Of a stretch of 46,802 bases of DNA, positions 9,040 to 16,447 are shown piece by piece (positions within the stretch are counted from its first letter, which is position 1; each line of letters opens with the position of its first letter). The notes beneath the pieces were generated by a model, which searched no databases, was not told the origin of the DNA, and worked only from the letters and a program-made list of their open reading frames with translations. Made by a program: the position numbers and the translations under genes. Origin of the DNA: a virus; the IMG/VR virus record IMGVR_UViG_3300039323_000029; one strand, 5' to 3'.

Positions 9040-9080
9040 GATTGTTGAGCGTATAACCATTGAAGAATTTGTAAATATAA

Positions 9081-10748
9081 TTAAAACGGACGCTGAATAA
9101 TCTCAACCTTCGCTCCTACCAGACCACGGAGTTCATTTTCCAGCAGGGACAGAGAGTCAGGAGCGTCATCATGGGGAACCTTGCCGGAACGGGTATAGGT
9201 CACCACCTGTTTCATAAACTCTGCGTACTGGGAATTGCGGGCATACAGAGAAGGGTCTTTGAAATAGAACTTCTTAATGATGGTATCGGACGCAAACTCA
9301 ATACGGGTTTGCTTGTTACTAATAGTCCGCTTTGTGCGGATATTGCAGTTGTACTTCCTGTCCTCCAACAACTGGGACACATCACGGGCAAAGTAGGAAC
9401 CAGCGTTGTTACTTTCAAAGGTAGCCGCAACTACCCCGTTGTCCATCAATGCCTTTGCACACTCCGGCTTCGTTACTTCTGGGGGAGAGTCATCAAATAC
9501 CACGTCCACAATGTAGACTTCATCACCGTAAACCGCAGCAATAGGCATGGCGCAATAGTCAGCACCCGTGTCCGCAGTATCGCAGACTGCAATCACACTA
9601 TCCGGGTCACGGTCAACTGGGAGTTCAAAATATCTGTTCAGGCTGGCTTCCGGGAACAACAGACCCTTTGCTTCAAAAGGTTGCTGCTGAAACTCACTTT
9701 CAAACTGCTCCGCAGACAGCATTTCACGCTGGTCACGGAAATACTTTGTGGTAAAAATACGCTTACCCTCACGGATATACTCAAAGTTACTCTCGTCAGT
9801 TTCCAGGTCAAGCGCCGGGGTTTCGATGACCTTCATACGCTTGCCTTGCTTTTTCATTTCCTCCTGCAAGCGGCCAATAGGGTCATACAGAGAATAGCGT
9901 GTACCGCAGATGACAATGGGTGTTCCTTCAATGGCACGTCCGATAATATCACCAGAAATGACTTCCCACTTATCGTCAAGCCGCTGTCTGTTCTTTGCTT
10001 CTTCACGACCTTCCACACAGTCATCCAGATACAGCATATTGGTTGCTTCGGAAAGACCTACCTGTCTTGCGTCAATGGAACGGCACATGACCGTAGGGAA
10101 ACGGGACTTATGCAGCAGGTTCAGGATTTTAGTATCTGCATTGGTCTGTACCAGTTTGCTTTCCGGGAAAATGTCATAAAAGTGGTAATCACTGGGGGTT
10201 TGCAGATATTCCAGACAGCCCAGATAGAAAGACTTAACAAGGTCATCACCTGTACCCTCCATCAGGGTAGAGCGGTCAGGATACTTGCCGGACAGCATAT
10301 TGGTGAAGTTGATACCCAACTGGGACTTGCCCGCTCTCTTAGGCATGGAAATAGAGAGGAAGTCCAGCTTTCCGTCAAGGATTTCCTGGTATGCGTCCAC
10401 ATACCGCTTGAGATAGTGACGGCGGGGCTGGTAGAACTTCTTATCCAAAGGCTTGCCGAACTCCACGGCCTGCAAGTATTCATCAAAGAAATGCGGTGCG
10501 TCAAACAGTAGGGAACGGAACAGCAGGTCATTGAACCGCTCTGCCAGAGTGAAGTCCGGCTTATCAACGGCCAGTCGCAGACCGTACCCTACCTGAGTTC
10601 TCATACTCCTGTTCCACTCATGCGCTACGGTAAAGTCTATCTTCTCATACTCTCTGCACAGGGCGAACAGGTCATTGTATGCTTCTATATCCAAAGGCCG
10701 GGACTGTATAACCTGTTCAATCCGGCCTTTCAGTGCAATGTAATTCAT
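9081..10748 (-). CDS. terL: Terminase large subunit
   Basis: 555 aa. Walker A-like SMPKRAGKS, Walker B LYLDDCVEG, C-terminal nuclease-type VCDTADTGADY. Upstream of the portal. Confidence 0.9.
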   Translation of the reverse strand: MNYIALKGRIEQVIQSRPLDIEAYNDLFALCREYEKIDFTVAHEWNRSMRTQVGYGLRLAVDKPDFTLAERFNDLLFRSLLFDAPHFFDEYLQAVEFGKPLDKKFYQPRRHYLKRYVDAYQEILDGKLDFLSISMPKRAGKSQLGINFTNMLSGKYPDRSTLMEGTGDDLVKSFYLGCLEYLQTPSDYHFYDIFPESKLVQTNADTKILNLLHKSRFPTVMCRSIDARQVGLSEATNMLYLDDCVEGREEAKNRQRLDDKWEVISGDIIGRAIEGTPIVICGTRYSLYDPIGRLQEEMKKQGKRMKVIETPALDLETDESNFEYIREGKRIFTTKYFRDQREMLSAEQFESEFQQQPFEAKGLLFPEASLNRYFELPVDRDPDSVIAVCDTADTGADYCAMPIAAVYGDEVYIVDVVFDDSPPEVTKPECAKALMDNGVVAATFESNNAGSYFARDVSQLLEDRKYNCNIRTKRTISNKQTRIEFASDTIIKKFYFKDPSLYARNSQYAEFMKQVVTYTRSGKVPHDDAPDSLSLLENELRGLVGAKVEIIQRPF

Positions 10749-10759
10749 AGTCTACCTCC

Positions 10760-10790
10760 ATAAAAATAGGGACTGCCCGTAGACAGTCCC
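10760..10790 (-). terminator. Hairpin plus U-tract element with conserved flank (copy b)
   Basis: Minus strand: GTCCAAT GGGACTG-tctacggg-CAGTCCC TATTTTTAT, then GGAGG and the terL ATG. Confidence 0.55.
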
Positions 10791-10818
10791 ATTGGACAAG
10801 GCCGTGACCTTTCACGCC

Positions 10819-11067
10819 TTAGTATTCCCATGTAGGGTAAATTACCCACCGTGGGGTATGTTTCAATTTCGGTGTTCGCTTCCTGAACAGCTTTCCCAGG
10901 ATGAACGCTACTAAGGAGAACCCCAGCAGCAATATATCAAGGGCTGGCACGATGGTCAGCCACGCCATAAATTTGATAAACACCCAGCCTACCTTGCAGG
11001 AAAACAGCATGGATTTCCACAGCCGTTCCGCTGCACAGATGACCAGCAAAGTCAAAACGTCTGCCAT
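10819..11067 (-). CDS. Small membrane protein (2 predicted TM helices)
   Basis: 82 aa, two long hydrophobic stretches. Confidence 0.5.
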   Translation of the reverse strand: MADVLTLLVICAAERLWKSMLFSCKVGWVFIKFMAWLTIVPALDILLLGFSLVAFILGKLFRKRTPKLKHTPRWVIYPTWEY

Positions 11068-11082
11068 GCCGCCGCTCCTTCT

Positions 11083-11301
11083 TTAGTCAGTGATGGTGTG
11101 TTCCGTGCCGGAAGCCTTATCCCGCACAATCAGTTCACAGTCCATGCAATCCAGAAAACGGATAAGCATGGAAATCTTCATATCCCGGCTCAAGGCTTGA
11201 CTTACGCCGGATTGACTTTTCATACCTAAGAGTTTGGTTATTTCACCCTGGGTGATTTTCTTATCGCTCATAAGCCCTTTGACAACTTCATTGGCCTGCA
11301 T
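11083..11301 (-). CDS. Small helix-turn-helix DNA-binding protein (candidate regulator of the divergent promoters)
   Basis: KKITQGEITKLLGMKSQSGVSQALSR is an HTH. Start moved to the ATG at 11301, which has a GGGAGG RBS; the track start 11328 sits 7 nt from the -10 box. Confidence 0.65.
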   Translation of the reverse strand: MQANEVVKGLMSDKKITQGEITKLLGMKSQSGVSQALSRDMKISMLIRFLDCMDCELIVRDKASGTEHTITD

Positions 11302-11334
11302 TGTTATATCCTCCCTTTCGGATTTCATGTAAGC

Positions 11335-11363
11335 ATAATATCACGCTTTCATGCTATTGTCAA
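11335..11363 (-). promoter_or_regulatory. Sigma70-type promoter TTGACA-17-TATTAT driving the HTH gene and the downstream terL operon
   Basis: Minus strand cTTGACAatagcatgaaagcgtgaTATTATgc. Confidence 0.65.
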
Positions 11364-11400
11364 GTGCCTTTTTAGATTTTGCGGATTTTTCAAGATGACA

Positions 11401-11488
11401 GGTAGAGCATTTTCATATTTTGCAATAACTTCTTATAGAAGAAGCGCTTCTAAGAAAAGTTATAGGGAAAATGTAGTTTTACTCTACC
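11401..11488. repeat. 88-bp structured element, copy R1 (paralogue of 14384-14471)
   Basis: Same block architecture as R2: GGTAGAG-N9-ATTTTnCnATAACTTCTT-hairpin-TTATAGGGAAAA-N9-ACTCTACC. Confidence 0.8.
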
Positions 11489-11671
11489 CACCCAAGGATG
11501 AACCAAACTTTTTTTTATTTTTGCGGAACTTTCGGGGGTCACCCGCCCGCCCTGGCCGGGGTGCGTTTCCCCCTCCGGGGGTCACGTCCCCGGCTTCACG
11601 GCCAGCGCCCAGGACGGGCGCAGCCGGGGCAAGTCGGCCAGGAAAAACGCCGCCCGCCCTGCATAAAAAAT

Positions 11672-11718
11672 ATCATGTTTACATGATTTCATGCTTGACA
11701 TTATCATGCAAGCATGAT
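11672..11718 (+). promoter_or_regulatory. Two operator-like palindromes ATCATG-N4-CATGAT (11672-11687 and 11703-11718), centres 31 bp apart
   Basis: Read directly. The second lies in the -35/-10 spacer of the plus-strand promoter. A 13/16 related site is at 11324-11339, over the -10 of the minus-strand promoter. Confidence 0.6.
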
Positions 11719-11723
11719 ATAAT
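11695..11723 (+). promoter_or_regulatory. Perfect sigma70-type promoter TTGACA-17-TATAAT for the plus-strand cassette
   Basis: TTGACAttatcatgcaagcatgaTATAAT. Confidence 0.75.
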
Positions 11724-11821
11724 GATACCGTAAACAAGAAGCAGACCCGCAGCACGGCGCAGGCCGTAGGCGCTCAATGCTTCACCATTCAAGAATGATT
11801 AAATATGCAGGAGGTTACAGT

Positions 11822-12223
11822 ATGAATATTTTTGAACAGATGACCGCCCAGCTTGAGGGCAAGAAAGACCGCAGCGCATGGGGACGGGGTGTAAACGTGT
11901 ACGCTCTGGAACTGGTGGAAGAACTGGAAGAACGTGCAGCCTATGAAGGCCGCAACCCTGAACCCGGCCAGGAGTGCCGGGAATGGCTCTTGAACGGCGC
12001 TAATGATTGGAGTCAATACAGTTGGGGCGGCTCCGCTCTCATTTATGATGGTGACATTGCCGAAAGACTTTGCACCCCGTCCGAACTCAAGAAAACCCGC
12101 AACGGTGAGCGCAGACCCAACAGCCGGGAAGAATGGTTAGATGTTCAAGCCCGTGCATTATATCAGGCTTGCAACCGTGTTTCCCGCCTGTATGCCCGTC
12201 TTATGAAGGAGGTAGCAGCATGA
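11822..12223 (+). CDS. Hypothetical protein (133 aa), first gene of the plus-strand cassette
   Basis: ATG at 11822 preceded by GCAGGAGG. The track start 11777 lacks an RBS. Confidence 0.6.
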   Translation: MNIFEQMTAQLEGKKDRSAWGRGVNVYALELVEELEERAAYEGRNPEPGQECREWLLNGANDWSQYSWGGSALIYDGDIAERLCTPSELKKTRNGERRPNSREEWLDVQARALYQACNRVSRLYARLMKEVAA

Positions 12224-12456
12224 AGGATTTAACGCCCGCAACCATCCACGCCGCAGCGGTGGCGGCTCTCCCGGCCAGTGACATAGACCACCACGCCAGC
12301 GACCTTTATATAAAGGTCACCCCAGCAAGCCAGCAGTTATTAAACCGCTTTCAATACCGCCACATGGTCAAGACCTTTGTTGACAATATCGACCATGTAC
12401 AATGGTATGACCTGCCGTTTTGTTATGACCCCAGTATGAAGGAGGTAACCCCATGA
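12220..12456 (+). CDS. Hypothetical protein (78 aa)
   Basis: ATGA start/stop overlap with the upstream gene; GAAGGAGG RBS. Confidence 0.55.
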   Translation: MKDLTPATIHAAAVAALPASDIDHHASDLYIKVTPASQQLLNRFQYRHMVKTFVDNIDHVQWYDLPFCYDPSMKEVTP

Positions 12457-12578
12457 TATATGCAGAATGGACGCTTTACGGGGTGTTTGACAATGCAATC
12501 TTTATCACCTGGGACGAATACCACGCCGCCACATTCAACCCCGATATTATTATATTGGTGGTGCGGGTCATCAGGTAA
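12453..12578 (+). CDS. Hypothetical small protein (41 aa)
   Basis: AAGGAGG-N6-ATG, ATGA overlap with the upstream stop. Translation: MIYAEWTLYGVFDNAIFITWDEYHAATFNPDIIILVVRVIR. Confidence 0.4.
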   Translation: MIYAEWTLYGVFDNAIFITWDEYHAATFNPDIIILVVRVIR

Positions 12579-12583
12579 ACCAC

Positions 12584-12609
12584 AGCCCCGGCCAACCCGT
12601 GCCGGGGCT
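12584..12609 (+). terminator. GC hairpin (possible attenuator) upstream of the FtsK-like gene
   Basis: AGCCCCGGC-caacccgt-GCCGGGGCT followed by TATTT. Confidence 0.35.
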
Positions 12610-12630
12610 TATTTCATAGGAGGATACACC

Positions 12631-13362
12631 ATGCACAAAGAATGGAGAACGCCGCCCGGACAGGTTTATAACCTGTACCGGGATATGCTCAAACAGCCGC
12701 ATTTGCTCATTGCAGGCGCAACGGGCAGCGGTAAATCAGTAGTTATTAACGGCCTTGTATATACGGCCATGTATGACAGCCCCGCCGCCGTGCAATTCAT
12801 CTTAATTGACCCTAAACGGGTTGAATTGGTGGATTATAAGCTGCTCCCGCATACGCTCATGTATGCAAGTGAACCGGGGGAAATGGTGGAAGCCTTAGAA
12901 AAGGCTATGGAGATAACAGAAAGCCGATACAAGGCCATGCAGCGCCAGAGGGTCAAGAAGTACCCAGGCGGGGCGCTGTATGTCATCATTGACGAATTGG
13001 CCGACCTTATGACCACAGCCCGCCGCCAGGTGCAGCCGCTTATACAGCGCCTTGCACAGGTAGGCAGAGCGGCAAACGTGCATATTATAGCCGCCACACA
13101 ATGCCCGCTTGCTACTGTGATACCCACGCCTATAAAAGTAAACTTTGATAGCCGGGTAGCCTTGCGCACCCGCTCCGCACAGGACAGCCGCAATATATTA
13201 GGCTTAACCGGGTGCGAACTGTTACCCCGATATGGTCAAGGCTACTATATGACCCCGGACGGCTTGAAGCTGTACAACATACCCATGCAGCCCCAGGAAG
13301 ATATAAACGCCCTTGTAAAGTATTGGCAGCGCTCCCGGCCACGTTTCCGGCTATTCAAATAA
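12631..13362 (+). CDS. Minimal FtsK/SpoIIIE-family ATPase (motor domain only, 243 aa)
   Basis: Walker A LIAGATGSGKSVVIN, Walker B ALYVIIDELADL, and VHIIAATQ / ALRT blocks typical of FtsK motors. Start at the ATG with an AGGAGG RBS. No TM or gamma domain. Confidence 0.8.
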   Translation: MHKEWRTPPGQVYNLYRDMLKQPHLLIAGATGSGKSVVINGLVYTAMYDSPAAVQFILIDPKRVELVDYKLLPHTLMYASEPGEMVEALEKAMEITESRYKAMQRQRVKKYPGGALYVIIDELADLMTTARRQVQPLIQRLAQVGRAANVHIIAATQCPLATVIPTPIKVNFDSRVALRTRSAQDSRNILGLTGCELLPRYGQGYYMTPDGLKLYNIPMQPQEDINALVKYWQRSRPRFRLFK

Positions 13363-13367
13363 CGCAA

Positions 13368-13397
13368 GCCCCGCCCACCGTGGCGGGGTTTTCCTTT
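13368..13397 (+). terminator. Rho-independent terminator ending the plus-strand cassette
   Basis: CCCCGCC-caccgt-GGCGGGG followed by TTTTCCTTT. Confidence 0.7.
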
Positions 13398-13530
13398 ACC
13401 GTCCAGCGGCCAGCGCCGCCCAGGGTGGTTATTTTATGCCCAGGCGGGCGACTACCCCCGCAAGCCAGAAACGCCCAGAGGGGCGCACAGACGGCCACAG
13501 CGGGCAGGCCAGCCGGAACGCCGCAGGGCA

Positions 13531-13567
13531 TGAGAAAAGCCCCGGCGCAGCCGTAGCCGTGCCGGGG
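13531..13567 (-). terminator. Hairpin plus U-rich tail downstream of terS
   Basis: Minus strand CCCCGGC-14 nt-GCCGGGG CTTTTCTC, 28 nt after the terS stop. Confidence 0.45.
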
Positions 13568-13594
13568 TTGGTGGTGTGGGATGGTGCAAGAGGT

Positions 13595-14251
13595 TTAGCC
13601 CCTGGGGGCTTTCTGTGCCTTTCTGGGAGTTTCCACAGTTTCGACAATAACCCCTTCTGCGCTTTCTGCTCCTTCTGGGAGTTCCAGCACATCAGCAGCG
13701 GGAAGCCCTTCTGTGACTCCATAGGTATTTTCAAGATACTTCTGTTTAAGTGCTTCTGCGTCCTTCTGCTCTCCCAGGGGGTTAGTGTTAGGAGTGAGAA
13801 CCACTTCCTGCTGGTCTTTCAGGCCGTCATAGTTCTTCTGCCAGAATATGCCAGTAACGGGGTTGACCTTGCCGTCCTCCATGAGTCCTTCTCTGTACAT
13901 GGCACAAATCTGTTGCACTTTTTTTACAAAGTCGGTGCGGGCAGGGTTCCCCAAATTCCTATTAGCCCATTCCCATGCTGTACCCTTATCTATACCTATC
14001 GCAGCATACGCCGCCTGATTGCCTATCTTCATATCCCACTGGGCGCAGAGTTCCAGATAACGGGCAAAACGCCGCTCCATTTCCTCCACGTCATTATGGT
14101 CAAGGGGTTCAGTCGGAAGGATAATCTGCATGAACCTAATCTTTCTGGCATTATACCCTTCTGGCAGGTCAGGGTTCTGCTCCACAGGCAGCGGGTTATC
14201 CGTTCTGGCCTGTCTGGGTTTCAGGTCTTTCGCTCCGGGTGTTCGTGCCAT
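13595..14251 (-). CDS. terS: Terminase small subunit
   Basis: 218 aa. HTH-like GNQAAYAAIGIDKGTAWEWANR, then NPVTGIFWQKNYDGLKD (the IF-LKN-fGw-D block common in small terminases). First gene after the replication module. Confidence 0.6.
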   Translation of the reverse strand: MARTPGAKDLKPRQARTDNPLPVEQNPDLPEGYNARKIRFMQIILPTEPLDHNDVEEMERRFARYLELCAQWDMKIGNQAAYAAIGIDKGTAWEWANRNLGNPARTDFVKKVQQICAMYREGLMEDGKVNPVTGIFWQKNYDGLKDQQEVVLTPNTNPLGEQKDAEALKQKYLENTYGVTEGLPAADVLELPEGAESAEGVIVETVETPRKAQKAPRG

Positions 14252-14357
14252 TCTCCTTCACCGCCTTTCTGCCCTTCTGGGGCTTCTGCTCCTTCTGGGC
14301 TTTCTTCTGGGCAGCTTCTTTCTGCTCCCTGTGATACCGTTCAACATAACTTTCCAT
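14196..14357 (-). CDS. Possible Lys/Gln-rich small ORF (53 aa) overlapping the terS start
   Basis: Strong RBS AAAGGAGGAAACGACA-ATG. MESYVERYHREQKEAAQKKAQKEQKPQKGRKAVKENG... Low-complexity sequence, so uncertain. Confidence 0.3.
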   Translation of the reverse strand: MESYVERYHREQKEAAQKKAQKEQKPQKGRKAVKENGTNTRSERPETQTGQNG

Positions 14358-14383
14358 TGTCGTTTCCTCCTTTCTGTGAGGAA

Positions 14384-14471
14384 GGTAGAGTAAAATCGAA
14401 TTTTACTATAACTTCTTCTTAGTACACGCATACTAAGAGAAATTATAGGGAAAACGTGAAAATACTCTACC
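14384..14471. repeat. 88-bp structured element, copy R2 (paralogue of 11401-11488), with an extra ACTCTACC at 14474-14481
   Basis: Block-wise alignment with R1. On the minus strand it contains TTTTCCCTATAAT (-10-like box at 14442-14447) and the hairpin CTTAGTA-N6-TACTAAG. Confidence 0.8.
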
Positions 14472-14482
14472 TAACTCTACCT

Positions 14483-15961
14483 TTAGACGGCTTTCAAGCC
14501 CAGGCCATAGTACACGGTCATGCCTTTAATCAGCCCTTTATCGTGATACCAGCCGGGGTGTGCCGTCACTTCTGCATTAAACTTCTTCATACTGCATACA
14601 TAGTAGCCATTGCTCTTGCACCAGATTTTGTATGCGTCATATATAGCTTTCGCAGTCGTGTGTCCTTCTGCGATATGCTCACACTTTTCTTCAAGGAACT
14701 GCAACACCAGGTCATTGTCCTTCTCATAAGCCTTGACCACCTTCTGCATATGAGCGGGCATTTTCAAACCAAAGCGCTTGTATTTGAAGTAGCCCGCCAC
14801 CAGCCAGGTAAAGATACCCTTCATGGCTTCTGGGCTTTCAAAGAAATCCTTCAAGCCTTTGTCTTGTTCATCGTCCGTGAAGTGTCGGTTGAACTCAATG
14901 ACACGTACACGGTCGGAAGCAAACAGGCTCTTGTCCTTTACGGACGGCAGGTCATTACAGGACAGCCACATTGTAAACTGCGGCTTGAAGGTAATGGCCG
15001 CTTGATACAGTTCACGGGCGGTAATGTCCTCACCACCTGTGTACTGCTTAATGGTAGCTTCGTCCAGCTTGCCCGCCGTATCGGACTCACTCATGGTAAC
15101 GAACCTGCGGCCTTTCAACTTTGCCAGCACGGAAGAAGGTGCTTCTGCGTTCTTCTGCCTTTCTGCCTTACAGATAAGTTCTACCGGGGCAACCGTAGAG
15201 TAGTCACCAAGCAAATGCTGAATAGCGTCCAGCATGGTAGACTTGCCGTTTCTGGTGGTCTTGCCGTGGAGGATAAACATACATTCCTCTTTGCTGGTTC
15301 CCAAAATGGAATAACCAAGCGCCCGCTGCAAGTAGTCAGCCTTTTCCTTGTCATCCTGGGTGACTTCTGCAATGAACTTTTCCCAGCGTTCACAGCGTAC
15401 TTCCTGCAAACTGTATTCAAAGTTCGTCTGCATGGTCAAGAAGTCATCCCACTTATGTTCCCGGAAGGTCATGGACTCAAGGTCATAGGTTCCGTTCTGG
15501 CAGTTGACCAGGTACGGGTGGGTGTCGAACTTGCTTGCTTCAATGCGCAGGTTATCAGCAGCGTCCTTCATCAGGCGGTCACGGAAGCGGCGGTCACCCA
15601 TCTTCGCAACGAAAGCCATATACTGCTTCCGCTTTTCATCATCGGAAATCTCACCACAGTACAGCGCCATCAGCCGGACGAACTCTTTAATCTTTGTACT
15701 CACCAACAGAGAACTCACGTCCTTCTGCCAGCGGCCACTTTCATAGGTGAACCAGGACTTTGCTTCCGGGCAATATCGGGTGTCCTTCTTGTAGCACTCA
15801 CTGAACAAGTCGGCCATGCCCGCTTCATCCCAGCTATACCCAGTGCTATCCTCTTGATAGGACAGTTCAGGCCGGACGCTCTTAATGTAGAACATCTTTT
15901 CACTGATTTCTTCGGACGTGATATAGCGCCCATTGGAGAGTTGGAACAATTCATCAACCAT
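14483..15961 (-). CDS. D5 / P4-family primase-associated SF3 helicase
   Basis: Walker A ILHGKTTRNGKST, Walker B RFVTMSESD, D5_N-like N-terminus. Start at ATG 15961 with an AAGGAGG RBS. Confidence 0.85.
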   Translation of the reverse strand: MVDELFQLSNGRYITSEEISEKMFYIKSVRPELSYQEDSTGYSWDEAGMADLFSECYKKDTRYCPEAKSWFTYESGRWQKDVSSLLVSTKIKEFVRLMALYCGEISDDEKRKQYMAFVAKMGDRRFRDRLMKDAADNLRIEASKFDTHPYLVNCQNGTYDLESMTFREHKWDDFLTMQTNFEYSLQEVRCERWEKFIAEVTQDDKEKADYLQRALGYSILGTSKEECMFILHGKTTRNGKSTMLDAIQHLLGDYSTVAPVELICKAERQKNAEAPSSVLAKLKGRRFVTMSESDTAGKLDEATIKQYTGGEDITARELYQAAITFKPQFTMWLSCNDLPSVKDKSLFASDRVRVIEFNRHFTDDEQDKGLKDFFESPEAMKGIFTWLVAGYFKYKRFGLKMPAHMQKVVKAYEKDNDLVLQFLEEKCEHIAEGHTTAKAIYDAYKIWCKSNGYYVCSMKKFNAEVTAHPGWYHDKGLIKGMTVYYGLGLKAV

Positions 15962-15977
15962 ACGTTTTCCTCCTTTC

Positions 15978-16277
15978 TTACAGATTTTTGCGCAGATTGC
16001 TTGCGATAGCTTCAACCCGCTTTCTGTCAAGACGGGGTTTCGCCAGGGCTTCTTCCAGGCCGTTCATTGTATCCATCAGCATACCGTGATAACCGTCTGC
16101 AATCTTCTCATATTCATCAGGGTCAGCGGTCTTATACTCCGCAATGATTTCCTCAAAGAGTTCTTCGCAGTCCCGGCCAAGGTTCTCCCGGATAATCTTC
16201 TGCAATTTGTCAACTTCGGTTTCCCCGGCAAAGATATACTCCGTGGAACCATTCTCAAGGTAAAGTGTACGTGCCAT
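15978..16277 (-). CDS. Hypothetical acidic protein (99 aa)
   Basis: ORF with compact spacing to its neighbours. Confidence 0.5.
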   Translation of the reverse strand: MARTLYLENGSTEYIFAGETEVDKLQKIIRENLGRDCEELFEEIIAEYKTADPDEYEKIADGYHGMLMDTMNGLEEALAKPRLDRKRVEAIASNLRKNL

Positions 16278-16283
16278 CCTCCC

Positions 16284-16442
16284 TTACCCCCTATTCCTGA
16301 ACATGAGGGCGGTGTACAGCAGACACGCACCCAGCCATTGCAGGCTGGTAGCGTGGTCACCCTTGTCCATGATATTGATAATCAAACTTCCCAGCGCACC
16401 CACTACCATGAGTGCCGGGAACAGAACCTTCATAGTATCCAT
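16284..16442 (-). CDS. Small membrane peptide (52 aa)
   Basis: AGGAGGTAACTGAA-ATG. MDTMKVLFPALMVVGALGSLIINIMDKG...; not in the track (<60 aa). Confidence 0.45.
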   Translation of the reverse strand: MDTMKVLFPALMVVGALGSLIINIMDKGDHATSLQWLGACLLYTALMFRNRG

Positions 16443-16447
16443 TTCAG

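Noticed and set aside
11395-11733. 112-aa plus-strand ORF across the GC-rich island
   Set aside because: The translation is Pro/Gly/Ala/Arg low-complexity sequence. It has no RBS and runs through the promoter and operators, so it is treated as non-coding.
12460-12630. N-terminal 57-aa extension of the FtsK-like ORF as given in the track
   Set aside because: The extension spans a GC hairpin, translates to implausible sequence and has no RBS. The ATG at 12631 has AGGAGG 8 nt upstream, and a better small ORF occupies another frame.
11599-13424. CGGCCAGCGCC-type motifs on both cassette flanks as target-site duplications
   Set aside because: The matches are short (10-11 nt), imperfect, differently spaced and lie in very GC-rich sequence where such matches arise easily. 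They are kept only as a weak note in the GC-island finding.
13429-13734. ORFs 13429..13734 (-) and 13436..14422 (+) over the GC-rich spacer and terS
   Set aside because: The first is mostly GC-rich spacer with biased composition. The second is antisense to terS. Neither has supporting motifs.
16076-16360. 94-aa minus-strand ORF overlapping the 99-aa gene and the membrane micro-ORF
   Set aside because: It is out of frame with two better-supported ORFs that have ribosome-binding sites, and its translation is Arg/Cys/Pro-rich.
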